A stretch of 64,000 nucleotides of DNA from Chiloscyllium plagiosum (GCF_004010195.1 NC_057753.1:13133446-13197445); one strand, 5' to 3'. Positions 1 through 13,275 are shown, counted from the stretch's first letter. The notes: a model not told the origin generated them from the sequence alone. Made by a program: numbers and translations.

Positions 1-185
1 GTAAGGGCGTGCTGCTACTATAGTCAACTCAGCCACATTAGGGAGATTTAAACAATCCTTAGATAAGCACATGGTTGATTCTGGGATAGTGTATGGGGGC
101 CAGCTGAGAATAGTTCATAGGTCGGCGCAACATCAAGGGGCGAAGAGCCTGTACTGCGCTGTATTGTTCTGTGTTCTATGTTTTA
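1..185 (+). mobile_element. 3' end of a CR1-type LINE/SINE tail (truncated)
   Basis: Ends in GGTCGGCGCAACATC...GAAGAGCCTGTACTGCGCTGTATTGTTCTGTGTTCTATGTT, resembling the 3' tail of elasmobranch CR1/SINE repeats; recognised from memory, not searched. Confidence 0.55.
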
Positions 186-199
186 TATGTACTTCTGAA

Positions 200-3100
200 G
201 GACTATTGTGAAAAAAATGTACTTGTAACAGGTTTAACGGTGAGACAAGAAGTGCTCAATTATGTAAAGTTAGTTTAGAGTGTCCAGTGAAGAATGGAGA
301 ATTCGTGGTAGGAGTACTGGATAAACTCTCACCTCCAGGAATACAGTTCGTTGTTGCTAATTATATCGCTGATTCACCATTAGGAGTGCTGCCTACTGTG
401 ATGGAATCTCGGGCAACTGAACTATTGTAGGACACAAATCCTGGACATTTTCCTGACTGTGTTGTAATGAGGTCACAAAATCACCATCTGAATCAGGAGA
501 GAACAAAGATTATAGATAAGAACGTTGAAACATTAGCAGAAGCTTGTTTGATCAGATAGTTGACAAAAAAGGAGCTTATAGACGACAATGCAGACATCTT
601 TAGCTCTGATAAGTTAACTGAGTTACAGCAAAAAGATGAAAGCTTAAAGCAATTGTATCAAAAGGCATAGACAGAAATTGAATTCGAATATATCCCTGAA
701 TGTTGTTATCTTAAAAATAATTTCTTAATGAGACCATCGCGTATTCAGGCAGATGAGAACTGGGCAGAAGTTCATCAAATCAAATTACCAGTGGAGAATA
801 GAAATGAGTCGATGCAAATAGCGGATGAACTACCACTTAGGGGTTATTACGGCGTAAGGAAAACACAAGCTAAAATACAGAAACAGTTTTACTGGCCTGG
901 ACTACACAAGGATGTAGTTGATTTTTTTCCAGACGTGTCATAAATGTCAGATAATTGAAAAACCACAGTAGTAATAAAACCCGCACTTTTAATATCTTTT
1001 TGTGCATTTGAGGAACGTTTTTAAATAAATGTTTCTATTGGAAAGCTTTTTTTAAAACTTTTACAAAACATTTCCTATTGCCAGTGTCTTTTTTGATTGT
1101 GCGGGTCCCCTACCTCAGACAAAATGTGGGAATCAGTATTTGCTCACAATAATGCATGTGTCGACTAGATTCCCAAGGGTGTTCCAATATGCAATATCAT
1201 ATATAAAAGTGTTGGAAAGGAATTACTCAAATTTTTCACGGGTTACGGACTACCAACAGAAATACAATCACATCACGGGTAAAACATCACATCAAAATTA
1301 TGTAAGAAAGTTATGGACAATTTAGGAATTAAGCAATTTAAATCTACTGCGTAACATCCAGAATTGCAGATAGTGCGAGAAAGGCGGCATCAGGTATTAC
1401 AGGCCATGTTGAGGGCTTATAATCAAGAGTATTTCGATGATTGGGATAACAAAATTCCGTTTGTGCATTTTGCGATCAGAGATGCACAGGTTGCATCCTC
1501 CAAATTCAGTCCATTTAAATTAGATTTTGGCAATGAAGTGAGAGGACAGTTAAAATTTATTAAACCGAAATTGGGATATCAGGATTCGGAGACCACATAT
1601 TTGGATTATGTATCAAATTTTACAGAACGATTAAATAGAGCTGGGAGTTGGCTAGACAGCTATCTATAGTATAGCAGCATACAAGGAAGAAGGAAAGAAA
1701 TTTAAAATTTGCAATTTTGTTATCGGGGTAAGATTTTAGTGTTGCTTCTAGTGAAGGTCAACATTTAAAATCAAGGTCTTGTGGCCCTTATCAAGTTGAA
1801 AGGAAATTTAGTGAGGTGAACTACTTGATAAGGACTCCAGACAGAAAGAAATCTCACAAAGTGTGTCATGTGACTATGATCATAAATTATTTTGACAGGG
1901 ATGGAAACCAAGAGGAGAATGTGTTGCTGATTACAACACAGAGGAAATAACCAAGTTCAGAGGATTCTGAATTGGACATTCCTCAAATTAAATTGGCTAA
2001 TGAGAAAGTTGTAAAAAAAATTGGGATACATTATTGGGTTAACTTTCCAGAGGAAAATCTGAAATTATCTGACTGAATGGTTGCTATCACATCGAGAGAT
2101 AAGGGGAATTAAGCTGGGAAGTACTAATCTAACCATGCATCATGTCGAATTAGGAGATGCTGTTCCGTTTAAGAAGCATTCTTTTGGCATAAACCTCTAA
2201 AATTAGCGCAGGTTCAAAAGGAGACTAAATGCATGCTCCAAGACATAATCGAAGTCTTTTACAGTGACTGGAGCTCACACATAGTAATGGAGCCAAAACC
2301 AAACGGTTATGTGTGGACTATCACAAAGTCAATGCAGTTACAAAGACTGATGCATATTCGATTCTGGGATTGGAAGAGTGTGTTGAGATAGTGGGACAAG
2401 CAACTTATATTTCTATGCTAGACTTGCTTGGAGGATACTGGAGGTACCTTTGTCAGAAAGACCAAATGCATTTTCGACTTTTGTCTTTCCGAATGGAGTA
2501 TATGAGTTTAAAGTCGTGCCACTTGACAAGAAAAATGCACCAGCCACATTTCAGAGACTAACCAATAGGTTTATTGCAGGGTTACCCAACTGTGTTATAT
2601 ATATCGATGATCTAGTGATTTTCAGTCATCGTTATGTATGACATAGAAGGGACGTTTACAACATTTATCAGGCTTGTTCGATCGACTTTGGAAGGCAAGT
2701 TTGGTAATAAACCTGGATAAAAATGAATTTGCTAAAGCCCAAGTCACCTTCTTGTGCCATGTTATTGAACACGGATAAGTGGCCCCATGTGATGGAAAAG
2801 CAAAGGTAATTGGGTAGGTGCCCATGTGATCGAAAGAAGAGCAGTACTACCGGTCTGGGATTGAGAGAATGCCATCGAAAATGTGTACCAAATTTTAGCA
2901 GTGTGGCTGCTCCATTCACTGAATTGCTAAAGAAAGGCAAGAAGTTTCAGTGGGCAGTGGACTGTCAGAAGGCATTTGACAGCCTGAAAGCTGTGTTAAC
3001 CATTGCCCTGGTATTAGCCACACTTAATTACGCAAAGCGATTCAAGGTGACTATCGAACAAGTGACGTGGATGTTGCTGTGCTCTTGCAAGAAGACGACG

Positions 3101-3569
3101 AGAAGATTGAATGACCTATCCGGTATTCCTCCAGGAAGTTGAACGTTCCTCAGCAAAAATATTCGATGGTTGAGAAAGAGACTTGGAACTTGGTGTTGGC
3201 ATGACAACATTTCAGTGTTTCTGTTACCTGTAAAGTAACTGAGACAATCATGTAGGCTGATAAACACCCATTGATTTCTGTGGAAAAATGTAAGAGCAAA
3301 ACTACTAGACTGCTACGATCGAGCTTGTTGTTACAGCCATTCAATCTGAAAATTATGCAGGTGATTAGACAAGAAAACATGATTGCCAACGCATTGTCAA
3401 GACACGATTGAGAAACGGAGGCATCCGGTGGCAGAAATACATCAGATTTGCACGTTTGTTGTAAATGTAATGTGTATGTGTGCTTTAGAGTACTAATAAA
3501 TATTTTAAGGAGTTTTAAAATTAACCAACTTCGGATATTATCGGTTCACTGTTTTTAAGAGGGGAGGTA
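200..3569 (+). mobile_element. Degenerate Gypsy/Ty3 LTR retrotransposon pol region, Gmr1-like order (integrase, RT, RNase H)
   Basis: Broken ORFs: integrase Zn-binding FYWPGLHKDV (728-943); rve core (1140-1669, WDNKIPFVHFAIRD...FSPF); GPY motif near 1783; RT DYHKVNAVTKTDAY and NAPATFQR...YIDDL (2313-2641); RNase H-like end ENMIANALSR near 3373-3402. Purine tract AAGAGGGGAGG at 3557-3567 followed by TG at 3570. Many stops and frameshifts. Confidence 0.85.
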
Positions 3570-4030
3570 TGACGAAGGTTATGCAGTACTTTTTTTTATT
3601 TAGAGGTCATAAATGACAGACACGGACAAGTCTGGGGTGTGGGGCTTGATTGCCAATCTGTTCATAGCTAACAGCACTGCCTCGGGCNNNNNNNNNNNNN
3701 NNNNNNNNNNNNNNNNNNNNNNNNNNNNNNNNNNNNNNNNNNNNNNNNNNNNNNNNNNNNNNNNNNNNNNNNNNNNNNNNNNNNNNNNNNNNNNNNNNNN
3801 NNNNNNNNNNNNNNNNNNNNNNNNNNNNNNNNNNNNCTTGTGTTTGATTTTAACTTTTGTGCCAAGGAGTGTTTATGGGGATTGCTGCACATGTTTGAAA
3901 GAGTATCATTTCGTTGGAATGATCTGTTGGATTTCGGATAGTTTAAGTAAACCAATATTCTGTTTTCTGTTGTTTGTTTTTCATTCACTAATATTGTAAC
4001 TGTCACTGTGAACATTGCTGTATCAAAATC
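3570..4030 (+). mobile_element. Probable 3' LTR of the Gypsy element, interrupted by an assembly gap
   Basis: Begins TG just after the polypurine tract; right end uncertain; N-run 3688-3836. Confidence 0.45.
3688..3836. other. Assembly gap (N-run)
   Basis: Run of n characters. Confidence 1.
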
Positions 4031-4866
4031 TGGGAGAATCCAGAAGATGGGTTTCTAGTGCCTCATTGCACAGCGTATGCAAACGCATCGCTTCTCAATA
4101 CCTTGTGTCTTATATTCCCTGGCCCCGCTTTCCAGGTAAAGATTGGCTTCACGATCTGCTTGTGCTCCCATGATCCAGTTCAATTGATCTTGGGGACTGA
4201 ACAGTCACAGGGAGCTGGAGGTGAGACAGGGAAAGGCAGAAAAAGATGTGACATCAAGGTGCTAAGAGTTTGTCATTTGTGTAATCTCCTTTTGTTGAGG
4301 AAAGTCTGCCAGATGCTGTCATTTATAACTCGCAGGAGACACAATGGTTGTTTTAGTGGATTTTGGAAATTGAAGGTTGCACATCAGCAGTCTGTGGTAC
4401 TATTTCAACTCAATGTCCATTTCAAACCCCAATTCACAGCAACAGGTCATACTGTCTGTAGAAGTCACTTGTGCTCCTCCGATTTTTTTTTAATGTCAAA
4501 GAAACCAGTGCCTTGGGACTGGGAGCTCACATGAAGAAATGGCACAATTCAGATCTTAAGGCTTGATGTTAACATCATTGCCCTTTGTCAAAATTCGTGC
4601 TTGCATCGCCAGGCCCAGAGTATGATTTCCTGCCATAGATGCCATGGTCACGTGTATCAGGCATTTTTGAAATTGGGTATCAGAGTAGCACATCAAAGGC
4701 TGCAGCGCCATCAGCTTTTTTTGCTGTGCTCAGTCTGACTACATTGTCCATTCTATGTGGGCCTCGCATTGTCATTAGTTGCACTCCGCTGCAGTAGGGC
4801 AGTTATGTGTATTTTTGCTCCAAAAGGAATAATGTGGATTGCAATGCTTTGCAATTACGTCCCACT

Positions 4867-5330
4867 ATGCAGAACAGTCTCTCACTGCTCCTTACCATGC
4901 TATAATTTCATAGTAGGTATCTCCTTTCCAGCATATATCAGTTCTCTCCGAGTATTGTGACGAAGTTATTGCTCGGATTGAGATCGTAACAGATGTCCTG
5001 GTGATAACGATGATAATTATTAGACCAGGTTTTCTATTTGAGTGGAGCCACCAAGCAACATTGGCACAGCTAGTTCCTGAAATTATGATTGAAAAGGGAA
5101 GAAATGTCACAGTCACCGACATCTTAAGAATCAGTAGCGATCAAAAGTATCTACTGCTGTAGTAATCACGTGGACAATCTCATGGAATGTCATTCGTATT
5201 GTAGGAAGGAATTCAAAAATACATTCCGACGTCCCTGAACGTTTCTCTTCAACCTTTGACAGCATTGGCCAGATTGCCTAATGCAAGATCAGCAATACAC
5301 TCTGCAGTGCAGTGCTGTGCTACGGAACCC
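4867..5330 (+). pseudogene. Relic TCR V segment related to the 10.0/43.6 kb family
   Basis: WSHQATLAQLVPEIMIEKGRNVTVT (from 5043) aligns with WSQEDTVEQADTEMTVKEGGNVTLT; HSDVPERFSSTF...KISN aligns with NPDFPERFSFTF...TISK. Leader-like MQNSLSLLLTML* at 4867. Stops, frameshifts, Cys23 lost, no RSS. Confidence 0.7.
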
Positions 5331-5769
5331 ATGGTACTCCGCAAATTTAGCAGATTTCATGCAAATAAATGCACACCAAACTCTTCTGGTTAATAAACAG
5401 TACATCGAGATCTCACAATGGAAACACAATAGACAGTTCATTGTTTACTCTAAGTTTTGTTAGTGTTAAAAATAATCTTAATATCTGTAATTTGTCGCTG
5501 GACCTCTGCGTTAACTCTTGATGTAAACTATTCCAAGATGACTAGACAGCGTTATCATTGTCAACATTAATTATATCGTAAATAATAATGAAGATTTACA
5601 GCAATAAAGAGGAAGACGTGATTAACTTTTATTTCTTGCGAATTACTTGTTTACTGAGAAGCAATGAACGAGAAACAATATATTAATGGCAAGTTGTGGG
5701 GAGTGCCCTCATGGTATCCCTTTGGCCTGTGAACCTGCAACTGGGGTGTCCTCCTTCCAAGCTGCAGTT

Positions 5770-5885
5770 TAGATTCCCAGAACATTTCTCTGTCGATCAG
5801 ACCAATGTCAAATGGGGAACAATCTGGCTTACCATCTCGGAGCTTCAGCTATCTGACGCTGTGGTACGTCACTGTGCACAGATTC
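5770..5885 (+). pseudogene. Relic TCR V fragment (FR3 only)
   Basis: RFPEHFSVDQTNVKWGTIWLTISELQLSDAVVRHCAQ matches the LTISxLQLSDxAxYYCA FR3 motif of the other V genes here; no RSS. Confidence 0.65.
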
Positions 5886-6664
5886 TCTCTGCAACAAGAA
5901 AGAGGTAGCATTGGAACAAGGAACAGCAGTAGACCGTGTGTCCCCTCAAGTCTGCTTCGCTATTTAATGAAACTATGGCTGATCTGTTTGTAACCAAATG
6001 TAGCATTCCCGTTTATCCCCGATGATCTTTCATCCTGTTGTTTAGCAGTAATATTTCTACTTCCTTTTAAAAATATTCGAAGAATTTACTTCTATTACCT
6101 TTTCTGAAAGTGAGTTCTCATGACTCACCCATAGAAAATAATAACTAAATATATCATCTCTGTTATGAGTGGGCCTTACACTACTTTTAAGAAGCGGCCT
6201 CTCCTTTTGCACTTTACAATCAGAGAAAACATCCTCTCCACGTCTACACTCGAAAAGACCACTCAGCAGAAACTGGCGCAGTATATGCTTCACGTTCCAG
6301 GGTCATAAGCACGTTTGGCGCAGATGGCGAACCCTATTCTGTTTCTGAATACATGACCATGGGACATAATACGTTTCATTGGACAGTTTTAATGCAAGTT
6401 GGGATTTAGTAACTCACCCAGGAATGCAGCGCCTCTTCCATTCCAGTGTTTTTTTTTAATATGGATCATGGAGAATCATGCAGCTTGAGACTTAGGATTC
6501 GAAATCCAATCTTTTTGAGTTAGGTTTGAAGGAGGTTCATATTTACTCTGAAGTTCTAATGGAGTACCATCATCAGAATATCACATTTTGTTTGTCATTC
6601 ACGGATTAAATTACTCCTTATTCTGATAAAGGAATATAGCATCGACTTATTCAGTTCTTTGTCC

Positions 6665-6880
6665 AGAGTGTTGTTCTGGAAAGGCACTGTAGGTCAAGCA
6701 GCATCCAAGAAGCAGGAGAATCGACGTTTCAGGCATAAGACCTTCATTCAGATTGAGGCTTATGCCTGAAACTACGATTCTCCTGCTCCTTGGATGCTGC
6801 CTGACCTGATGTGTTTTGTTTTTCAAGCACCATAATCTTGTATCTCATCTCCAGCATCTGCAGTCCTGACTTCCTCCTTC
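6665..6880. mobile_element. Palindromic Penelope-derived short element (two inverted 3'-end copies with decayed hammerhead cores)
   Basis: GCAGCATCCAAGAAGCAGGAGAATCG...CGATTCTCCTGCTCCTTGGATGCTGC inverted arms; same family as 31089-31220, 46935-47020 and 55505-55661. Confidence 0.7.
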
Positions 6881-8307
6881 TTCAGTTCCTCACCAAACTT
6901 GTGAGACACCATGTAAATAAGGGCGTTGATTCAGAAACTGAGTAACTGGAGAAGATCAATCATTTCTTAAAGGATGTACCACATCTCACTGAAATTATTT
7001 CAGTGAGGTATCACTTACCTGAAATCCGAGGAGCAGGAAACGTCCGACATAGATCAATTCACAGGAGGAAGCTTCATGAGATGGGGAAGAGCAAGATAAT
7101 GGACGTCCTGCGATTTAACAGTTCTATATCTTGTCGCTTCTCGTAACACCTAAGCCTCTTATAGGTTTCTGCTGACCTTTAAGATGATGCTCAGGTGCGT
7201 TCTGTTCTATCCATTCGGCTCCTAATCTTATTGCATCCTTTGTTCAAACTTGCAAAAATACAGAAATGAACTGAGAGTCATATTGCTTCACCTCAGGAAG
7301 GCAATTGGTAAGAGTATGGTCTAAGGAAGCACTCGCAAATGGGAGTCATTAGACATCAGTGTGAAAATCCCCGCTGATTTGAATCAGAACTGAAACCAGG
7401 AAGCCGGGATAGGCAGAAAATTACAGGCCAGTTCGTCCGACAACTGTGGTGAAAGGTATTGAAAAGCTTCTGAGGGACAGCATTAATCCACATTTGGAAA
7501 TGCAGGATTGTTTGAAAGGCTGCTGAAATGTATTGAGGTACCAGCATGAAACGTTGGTACAAAACTTAAGAATCCATGATAGCCAAGGCAAGTGTGATTA
7601 GGAAATGATAACAGCTCTAATGGTGCAGTGGTAGTGTCTGGATCTCTAAGCCAGGAAATCTCATCTGCTTCAAAGGTACTAAATCACACATCTGAACATG
7701 TTGATTAGAAAATGTGTAAACCAGAATTTCACCTGACTTTAAGGCCTTCAATTTGAGCAGAGAAAAGACAATGAGGTTATCTCCTTTACCAAAGGGGATC
7801 AGAGAAAGTTTCTGTCTGTTCAAAAATAGCGCTGTTTTCATCGACCGATTGCACCTGGTTGTCTCCCAACCAAAGAAATATTATTTTAGACAAGGATTAT
7901 TACAATGGAAAATAAGCTTTATTTAGGAAAGTGTGACCTTTTTAACTATCTGGCACAGTCTATCTAAATGAGAGGGTGAAAGTTTCTATGTTGCCAAAGG
8001 AAACGTCATTACTTGAAAAAGGAGAGCATGGAAAATGTGGACGTGAAAAACGGTGTGAATAGTATTTCAGCTTCAACGTGTATATACACCAGCAGAGGGT
8101 GGCACTGCACCGCACAAAATATAGGATGGAATTCGGAAAGGAACTGTGGCTTTACTAATCATTATTATGCCTCCAGACATTATAACTCCTATTGCTGCTG
8201 CCAATATCTTCTAAAAAAAAATAATAACTATCAATCCACGCTCTTGAGACCATTTCCAATCTTTTGAGCTTGTACCTAACCAGATACTGAAACAGAGAGA
8301 AAGACAG

Positions 8308-8356
8308 ACACACACACACGCACACACACGCACACATACACACACTTACACACACA
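8308..8356 (+). repeat. Imperfect (CA)n microsatellite; inverted paralogue at about 37050-37110
   Basis: ACACACACACACGCACACACACGCACACATACACACAC. Confidence 0.85.
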
Positions 8357-10052
8357 GGAGAATGCACAAGCAGATATTCAAGTTTGCACACGATACATCG
8401 AGTCATACAGGGAAAGAATTTTACAGCACATGAAAATGCTCTTTGCAGCAACAAAACTGCGCTTGTCAATAACAAGAAATTAACTATTCTAATCTTATCT
8501 TCTAACAATTGTCCAATTCCCTTGGATTGCCTAGTATCACAAGTACTTGTAGAAAGAATTATCAAATGCTAACACGGCTTTTTCCTCTACCACTCTCAAT
8601 GATTGCCTGCTGGATTCTGGACAAACGTTGGCTGAATAAAAACACTTTTGCTGAACCTATTGCATCTTACGTTAAACTTCTGCAGTGATCATCGAGGTGT
8701 CCATCAACAGGAAACATTTATTCCTGTCCATTCTACCTATGTTTGTTCCTTTCCTTACGATGTGTATCCCTCCTAATTTTCACATGCCAATCATGACCAC
8801 TGAGTCTCCTCTGCTCCAAGGGTTACTGCCCGTTACCTTGATTCCTCTGGCTGGCTTCCTTCCGGCCCAGTGTGGTGTTTACACCTCTGATGTCAAATCT
8901 TTACTGATTTTGTAAGAGCAGCTTTTTCTCTGACTTTGCTGCTTTTAAGTCAAGAATTCACGTTTACTTTTAAAAAGGTATACAAGAAGAATATATCTAC
9001 GATTCCTGAACAGTAATTAAAGCAATGCAATGGTGGTGAAAGAGCAAATTCCTCACGACTACAGCACCTGGAAGGTATTGTTCAATCTTTAAGCTTGTCT
9101 CAATAGTACAGATCCCTGGACCATGCAAAACTCCGGGTCGGTCTCATTGATTTGATTCGTAGTATGCAGACAGGAGCTGGACAACTGTAGAAAAACAGAG
9201 GATTCAGAACGATGGAGAAAATTGGGAGTGGAGGAAACGAATGTGGAGCTGCGCTTGGAGTTCAGCCAGAGATTATTTGTGAGACTGGGATTTACTGATT
9301 TGAAGAAACGAGAGACATGTGAATCATGTGAATTTTAAACAAATTATTGTCCTCACGTCATATTAAGGTTAACTAAAACTTTACTGAGCAGCTGAGTGCT
9401 GAAAAACTTGGTTGATAGGAATCCATCATACCAAAGTGTTTTCTCTTGTTTGGAGTTCAGTAATCAATGCAACACGATCGGGAGAATTGACAAAGAAGAG
9501 AAACACGCTTTCTTTTACACGTTTAACCTTATTATATTCTAAAATTTCCAGTGTAAGTGGGTTTTGATTCAATGCTAATTTTCCGAATATTTTTGCGAAA
9601 ACACATCGAAAGGAATTAAATTTACACAGCTACAGAATGTGGCAACTACATGAATGTTTAAAAGGGAAACCACAGACACAATGCAAAGAATAGCTTCCAT
9701 TTGTATTGTGTAATTATGCAATCCTTGATCTTTTATCTTCTCCCTCTCTATTCGTTCGTCAGTGATGCTGTGCTCGGGTGCAGGACGGCCACAGACTTAG
9801 CAGCATCCAATAGTTCCGGATGGATCTGTGTTGCGTTGCATGCCTTCTGTTCTCACAGGGAGCAATGCGTTCACTCAGAGCTAAGTCTGCTGCAGTTCCG
9901 CCTTCAGCTTCCATTTTGTTCCGCCTTCCCTTCCCTGTGATAACACAGAGATCGCTGCAGCCGTCACTGTTTGTCATTGAGAGCAACGGGTTTGGCCAGG
10001 ATCTCAGACACAGGGTTTTACAGACTGCAGAATTACAAACCCAGAGTGCACC

Positions 10053-10531
10053 ATGAGGAATCTTCTCGCACCAATGCTCGTCATTTTCTCAATTATCAGT
10101 AATGCTTCTTCCTCGTGACATTCTATTTCCACCTGCCACAGATGTTTCAAAATCAGATGCCATTATTAGGAAAACATTGACGGTAATGAGCATGATTTTG
10201 AATATTATTTTTCGTTTTTCTTAGAATGGAGTCAGGAAGACACGGTGGAACAAGCAGACACTGAAATGACTGTTAAGGAAGGCGGCAATGTCACACTCAC
10301 CTGCAGCTTGACGACAAGCGATTCCAGCCCAGACGTTTATTGGTACAATCAGCTGGCAGGGCAGCCTCCACAGTATATGGTTTATATACTTGGAGGAAAG
10401 ATTGTAAAGAGGAATCCTGATTTTCCTGAACGATTCTCTTTCACATTTACTAAATCCACGAAGAATACAGAGCTAACAATCAGCAAGGCCATCATCTCTG
10501 ACTTCGCCATGTATTTCTGTGCTTTGAAGCC
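10053..10531 (+). CDS. TRAV: T-cell receptor alpha/delta V segment, intact (exon1 10053-10098, exon2 10225-10531)
   Basis: Leader MRNLLAPMLVIFSII with phase-1 GT..AG intron; V exon KWSQEDTVEQ...VTLTC...VYWYNQ...ISDFAMYFCALKP with Cys23, Trp41 and Cys104; immediately followed by CACAGTG. TRAV versus TRDV usage cannot be decided from germline alone. Confidence 0.92.
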
Positions 10532-10571
10532 CACAGTGATACAGAGTTATGACACAGCCCCTATAAAAACT
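10532..10571 (+). other. Recombination signal sequence, 24-bp spacer
   Basis: Heptamer CACAGTG 10532-10538; spacer 10539-10562; nonamer ATAAAAACT 10563-10571. Confidence 0.85.
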
Positions 10572-12989
10572 CAGTAAGCTCACCAAAAGGTATTTTCGTA
10601 CCGAGAAACAGAAAGAACAATTCAGCTCCAGAGAAAGATTCATAGAGAAGCCACTTAAAGTGAGAAAAAAAGAGTGCACAATAAATTAAAGTTCGCTTCG
10701 TTTCAGAGGAATACCAGTATATTAGCTTCAGATGCAAGCGTGCTAAGAATGTACTAGACAAACCTATCAGTGGAGTTTCGTTTCCAATTTTGTGTCCCAC
10801 CAAACTATTCCAATGTCTTGCCTTCTCATCCCTCCAGTCAGTGTCCTTTATTTCCATAGATTATTTTGCCAGGGAACTTTGCATCGCATAAAACTTGCTA
10901 TATGATTTTATTGTTGAGAAATAGAGCCATCCCATTTAGTGGAATTGCAGACTGAGTATCAAATATAAATGAAATGCCTCACTCCTCTGTTCACAGCTTT
11001 GAGGCAAGTCATCAGAACAAGCCGCAGAGACAGCCAGCTCACCAAATTCCATCTTAAGTTCTGCTCCCAGGCAACGAGTTTAATATTGTTTTTTTCAACA
11101 GTTATATGAAATGTGGAATGAATGAAAGCCACAATAGTTTTTTTTTTCGGTTGTCCATCGATAATCATCAAACAAAATTAAAGTTGTCAAAAGGCAATTC
11201 TGAAGAGGCTCCTAAGCGTATAACATGCTTTGCAGCAGAAACTTAAATCTTCTTACATTCTGTGTCCTACAATTTGAAATGTTTTGCCATATATGTTTAC
11301 AAATGTCACTATTCAGCAAATATTTTGGGAAAATGCAACCTTTTGTCACATTATGCACTGCTGCAATAGAATGGTGCATCAACTGATTAATTCAAATTAG
11401 TTTAATGAACTTCCGGTGATATCTAACGGAATTGGATCCTCACAGACAGCTGCTGCAGTGAAGAGGGAGATCTGCAGATTATCAGTAGTTTAATGAGTCC
11501 TGTGTCCGTTAAATTAATGAATTTAAATCAGTGTGCTAGGCTCTGACTGGAATGTTTTTCTTTAAATGTTCGCCTGAAGCGTGCTTTCATTCACCTCAAG
11601 GATCCTGTCGCATATTGAATAAAAAAGTGTTCAATTTTGTTCCAGAAGGCATTCAAAGAATTTCCTTCACTTCAAATATCAAATATACTGATATTTGTGT
11701 CGGCCGATTATATAGAATGCAAGACATTGCCTAATTTTGGAATTTGCCACAGACATGGCCGAAGAGGTGGTGAATCAGTAAAAAGGTATGGAAACAGAAA
11801 AATGCTGGAAGTCACAGCGCATCAGGCTGCATTCATGGATAAAGAGGAAGCTAGCGTTTAAAGTCTATATGTTAGAAGTCGGAGCTGATAAAAAGTAAAA
11901 AGCATGCCCCGGCATATTGACAAACACACAATGACGGAGTTGAAGACAAACTGGTTCTCCCTGAAATGGTTATTCGCAAACAAACAGGAAAATGCACCTG
12001 ATATCCGTGTCTCAGCGGATAGTTTGTTTAGGAGGGACACACGGAAAAATAAAATCAATTGGCAGTTGCATTGTTCTGCATGTCAGCCAATCAGCTTACT
12101 GCTTTTTTATTCAACAATTCAAGACGCCAGCAAAGGATGGTGAGAAATAGAGTGAAATTGAAATCGAGGCTAACCTGCAGTTGAATCTGATACTGCACTT
12201 GAAATTTGGAAGTTTTTGTGCTTGTCCTCATGCATGCAAGGCAGAAACCTATAATATTTTCTTCTAAGCAATGCTTAGATTGTTCTTTCACAACGGGCAC
12301 TTGATGCCAGTAGGCACGATGTTTGTCTTTGAAATGGATTTTGCATGAGAATTTGGAGTAGTTGGTGTCTGAGATTCGCTGTTGTATTGCAGCATACAAT
12401 GCACCGAGGTGCTGGAAAAGTCATAAAATACCTTCATTGCCTATTTGATACGGAATATGTGTTACATTGATCAGTAAAATCGAAAATGAATTGAGGATCC
12501 TGAGAGTACATCATGGTGTATAAAAATGTATTTTATTGCCCCCTTGCTATAGATCCACTTGACAGAGACTGATCGCAGTACAGTGGGTTCACATTGTCCT
12601 GAGTCAGTGATTGTTACCCATTTGCAAAATACTATTCTGAGTTTTCCATCAGAGAAGCTGAATGTATTCTGATTCTGATAATACAAGGCTCAGAGTAAGG
12701 GTTTTTAACACACATTGGTTGCATCCCTACCCTCGATGTAGGCAGCGTGCATTGAAGTATCACTTAGTCCAAGGATGCGTTTTAAGTTTCTTTTGAAAAT
12801 GTCGACAGTAGCTGTCGCACCCAATGAGCACTACTAGTGTTCAGTGACGAAATGTGTGTCTATATATTTCAGAAGAAAAACTGCCTCATTTTCTCTTACA
12901 GTCCGGAATAAGACATTGTCACATAGCATCTGTGTCCTTGGTGCAGTGTGTCATAAATTCGCAGTGACTTTGCAACTTAAAGCACAGTT

Positions 12990-13275
12990 TTAAGGCATAG
13001 GTAGAGTGGATAGCCAGAGAAGTTTTTCTACGGCAGAAATGGCTATCGCCAAGGGGTTTGGAGGAAGGTTTAGGGAAAATGCCAGAGGTCGTTTCTTTGC
13101 ACAGTGAGTTGTGGAATGTACTGCCAGCAGTGGTAGTAGATTCCGATACATTAGGGACATTTAAGCGACTCTTGGATACCCACGTGGATGAATGCAAATT
13201 GAAAGGTGTGAATATTAGTTTCATCTTAGAGTAGTTTCATCTTAGATTAGTTTCATTTTAGAGTTTCATCTTGAG
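12990..13275 (+). mobile_element. CR1 LINE 3' fragment with about four tandem 16-bp tail repeats (TAGTTTCATCTTAGAG)
   Basis: TGGAATGTACTGCCAGCAGTGGTAGTAGA...ACATTTAAGCGACTCTTGGAT CR1 3' motif; inverted paralogues at about 35.4-35.75 and 39.7-40.0 kb. Confidence 0.65.

Noticed and set aside
3972-4010. CACTGTG with T-rich upstream sequence, as a possible J- or D-type RSS
   Set aside because: Weak nonamer, inside a probable LTR, and no FGxG motif or splice donor follows.
4078-4346. Possible collapsed V relic (EKDVTSRC; LPDAVIYN followed by CACAATG)
   Set aside because: Fragments are too short, in inconsistent frames and lack a nonamer.
13216-13273. Short direct repeats resembling a CRISPR array
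   Set aside because: Contiguous 16-bp units with no spacers at a CR1 tail in vertebrate DNA.
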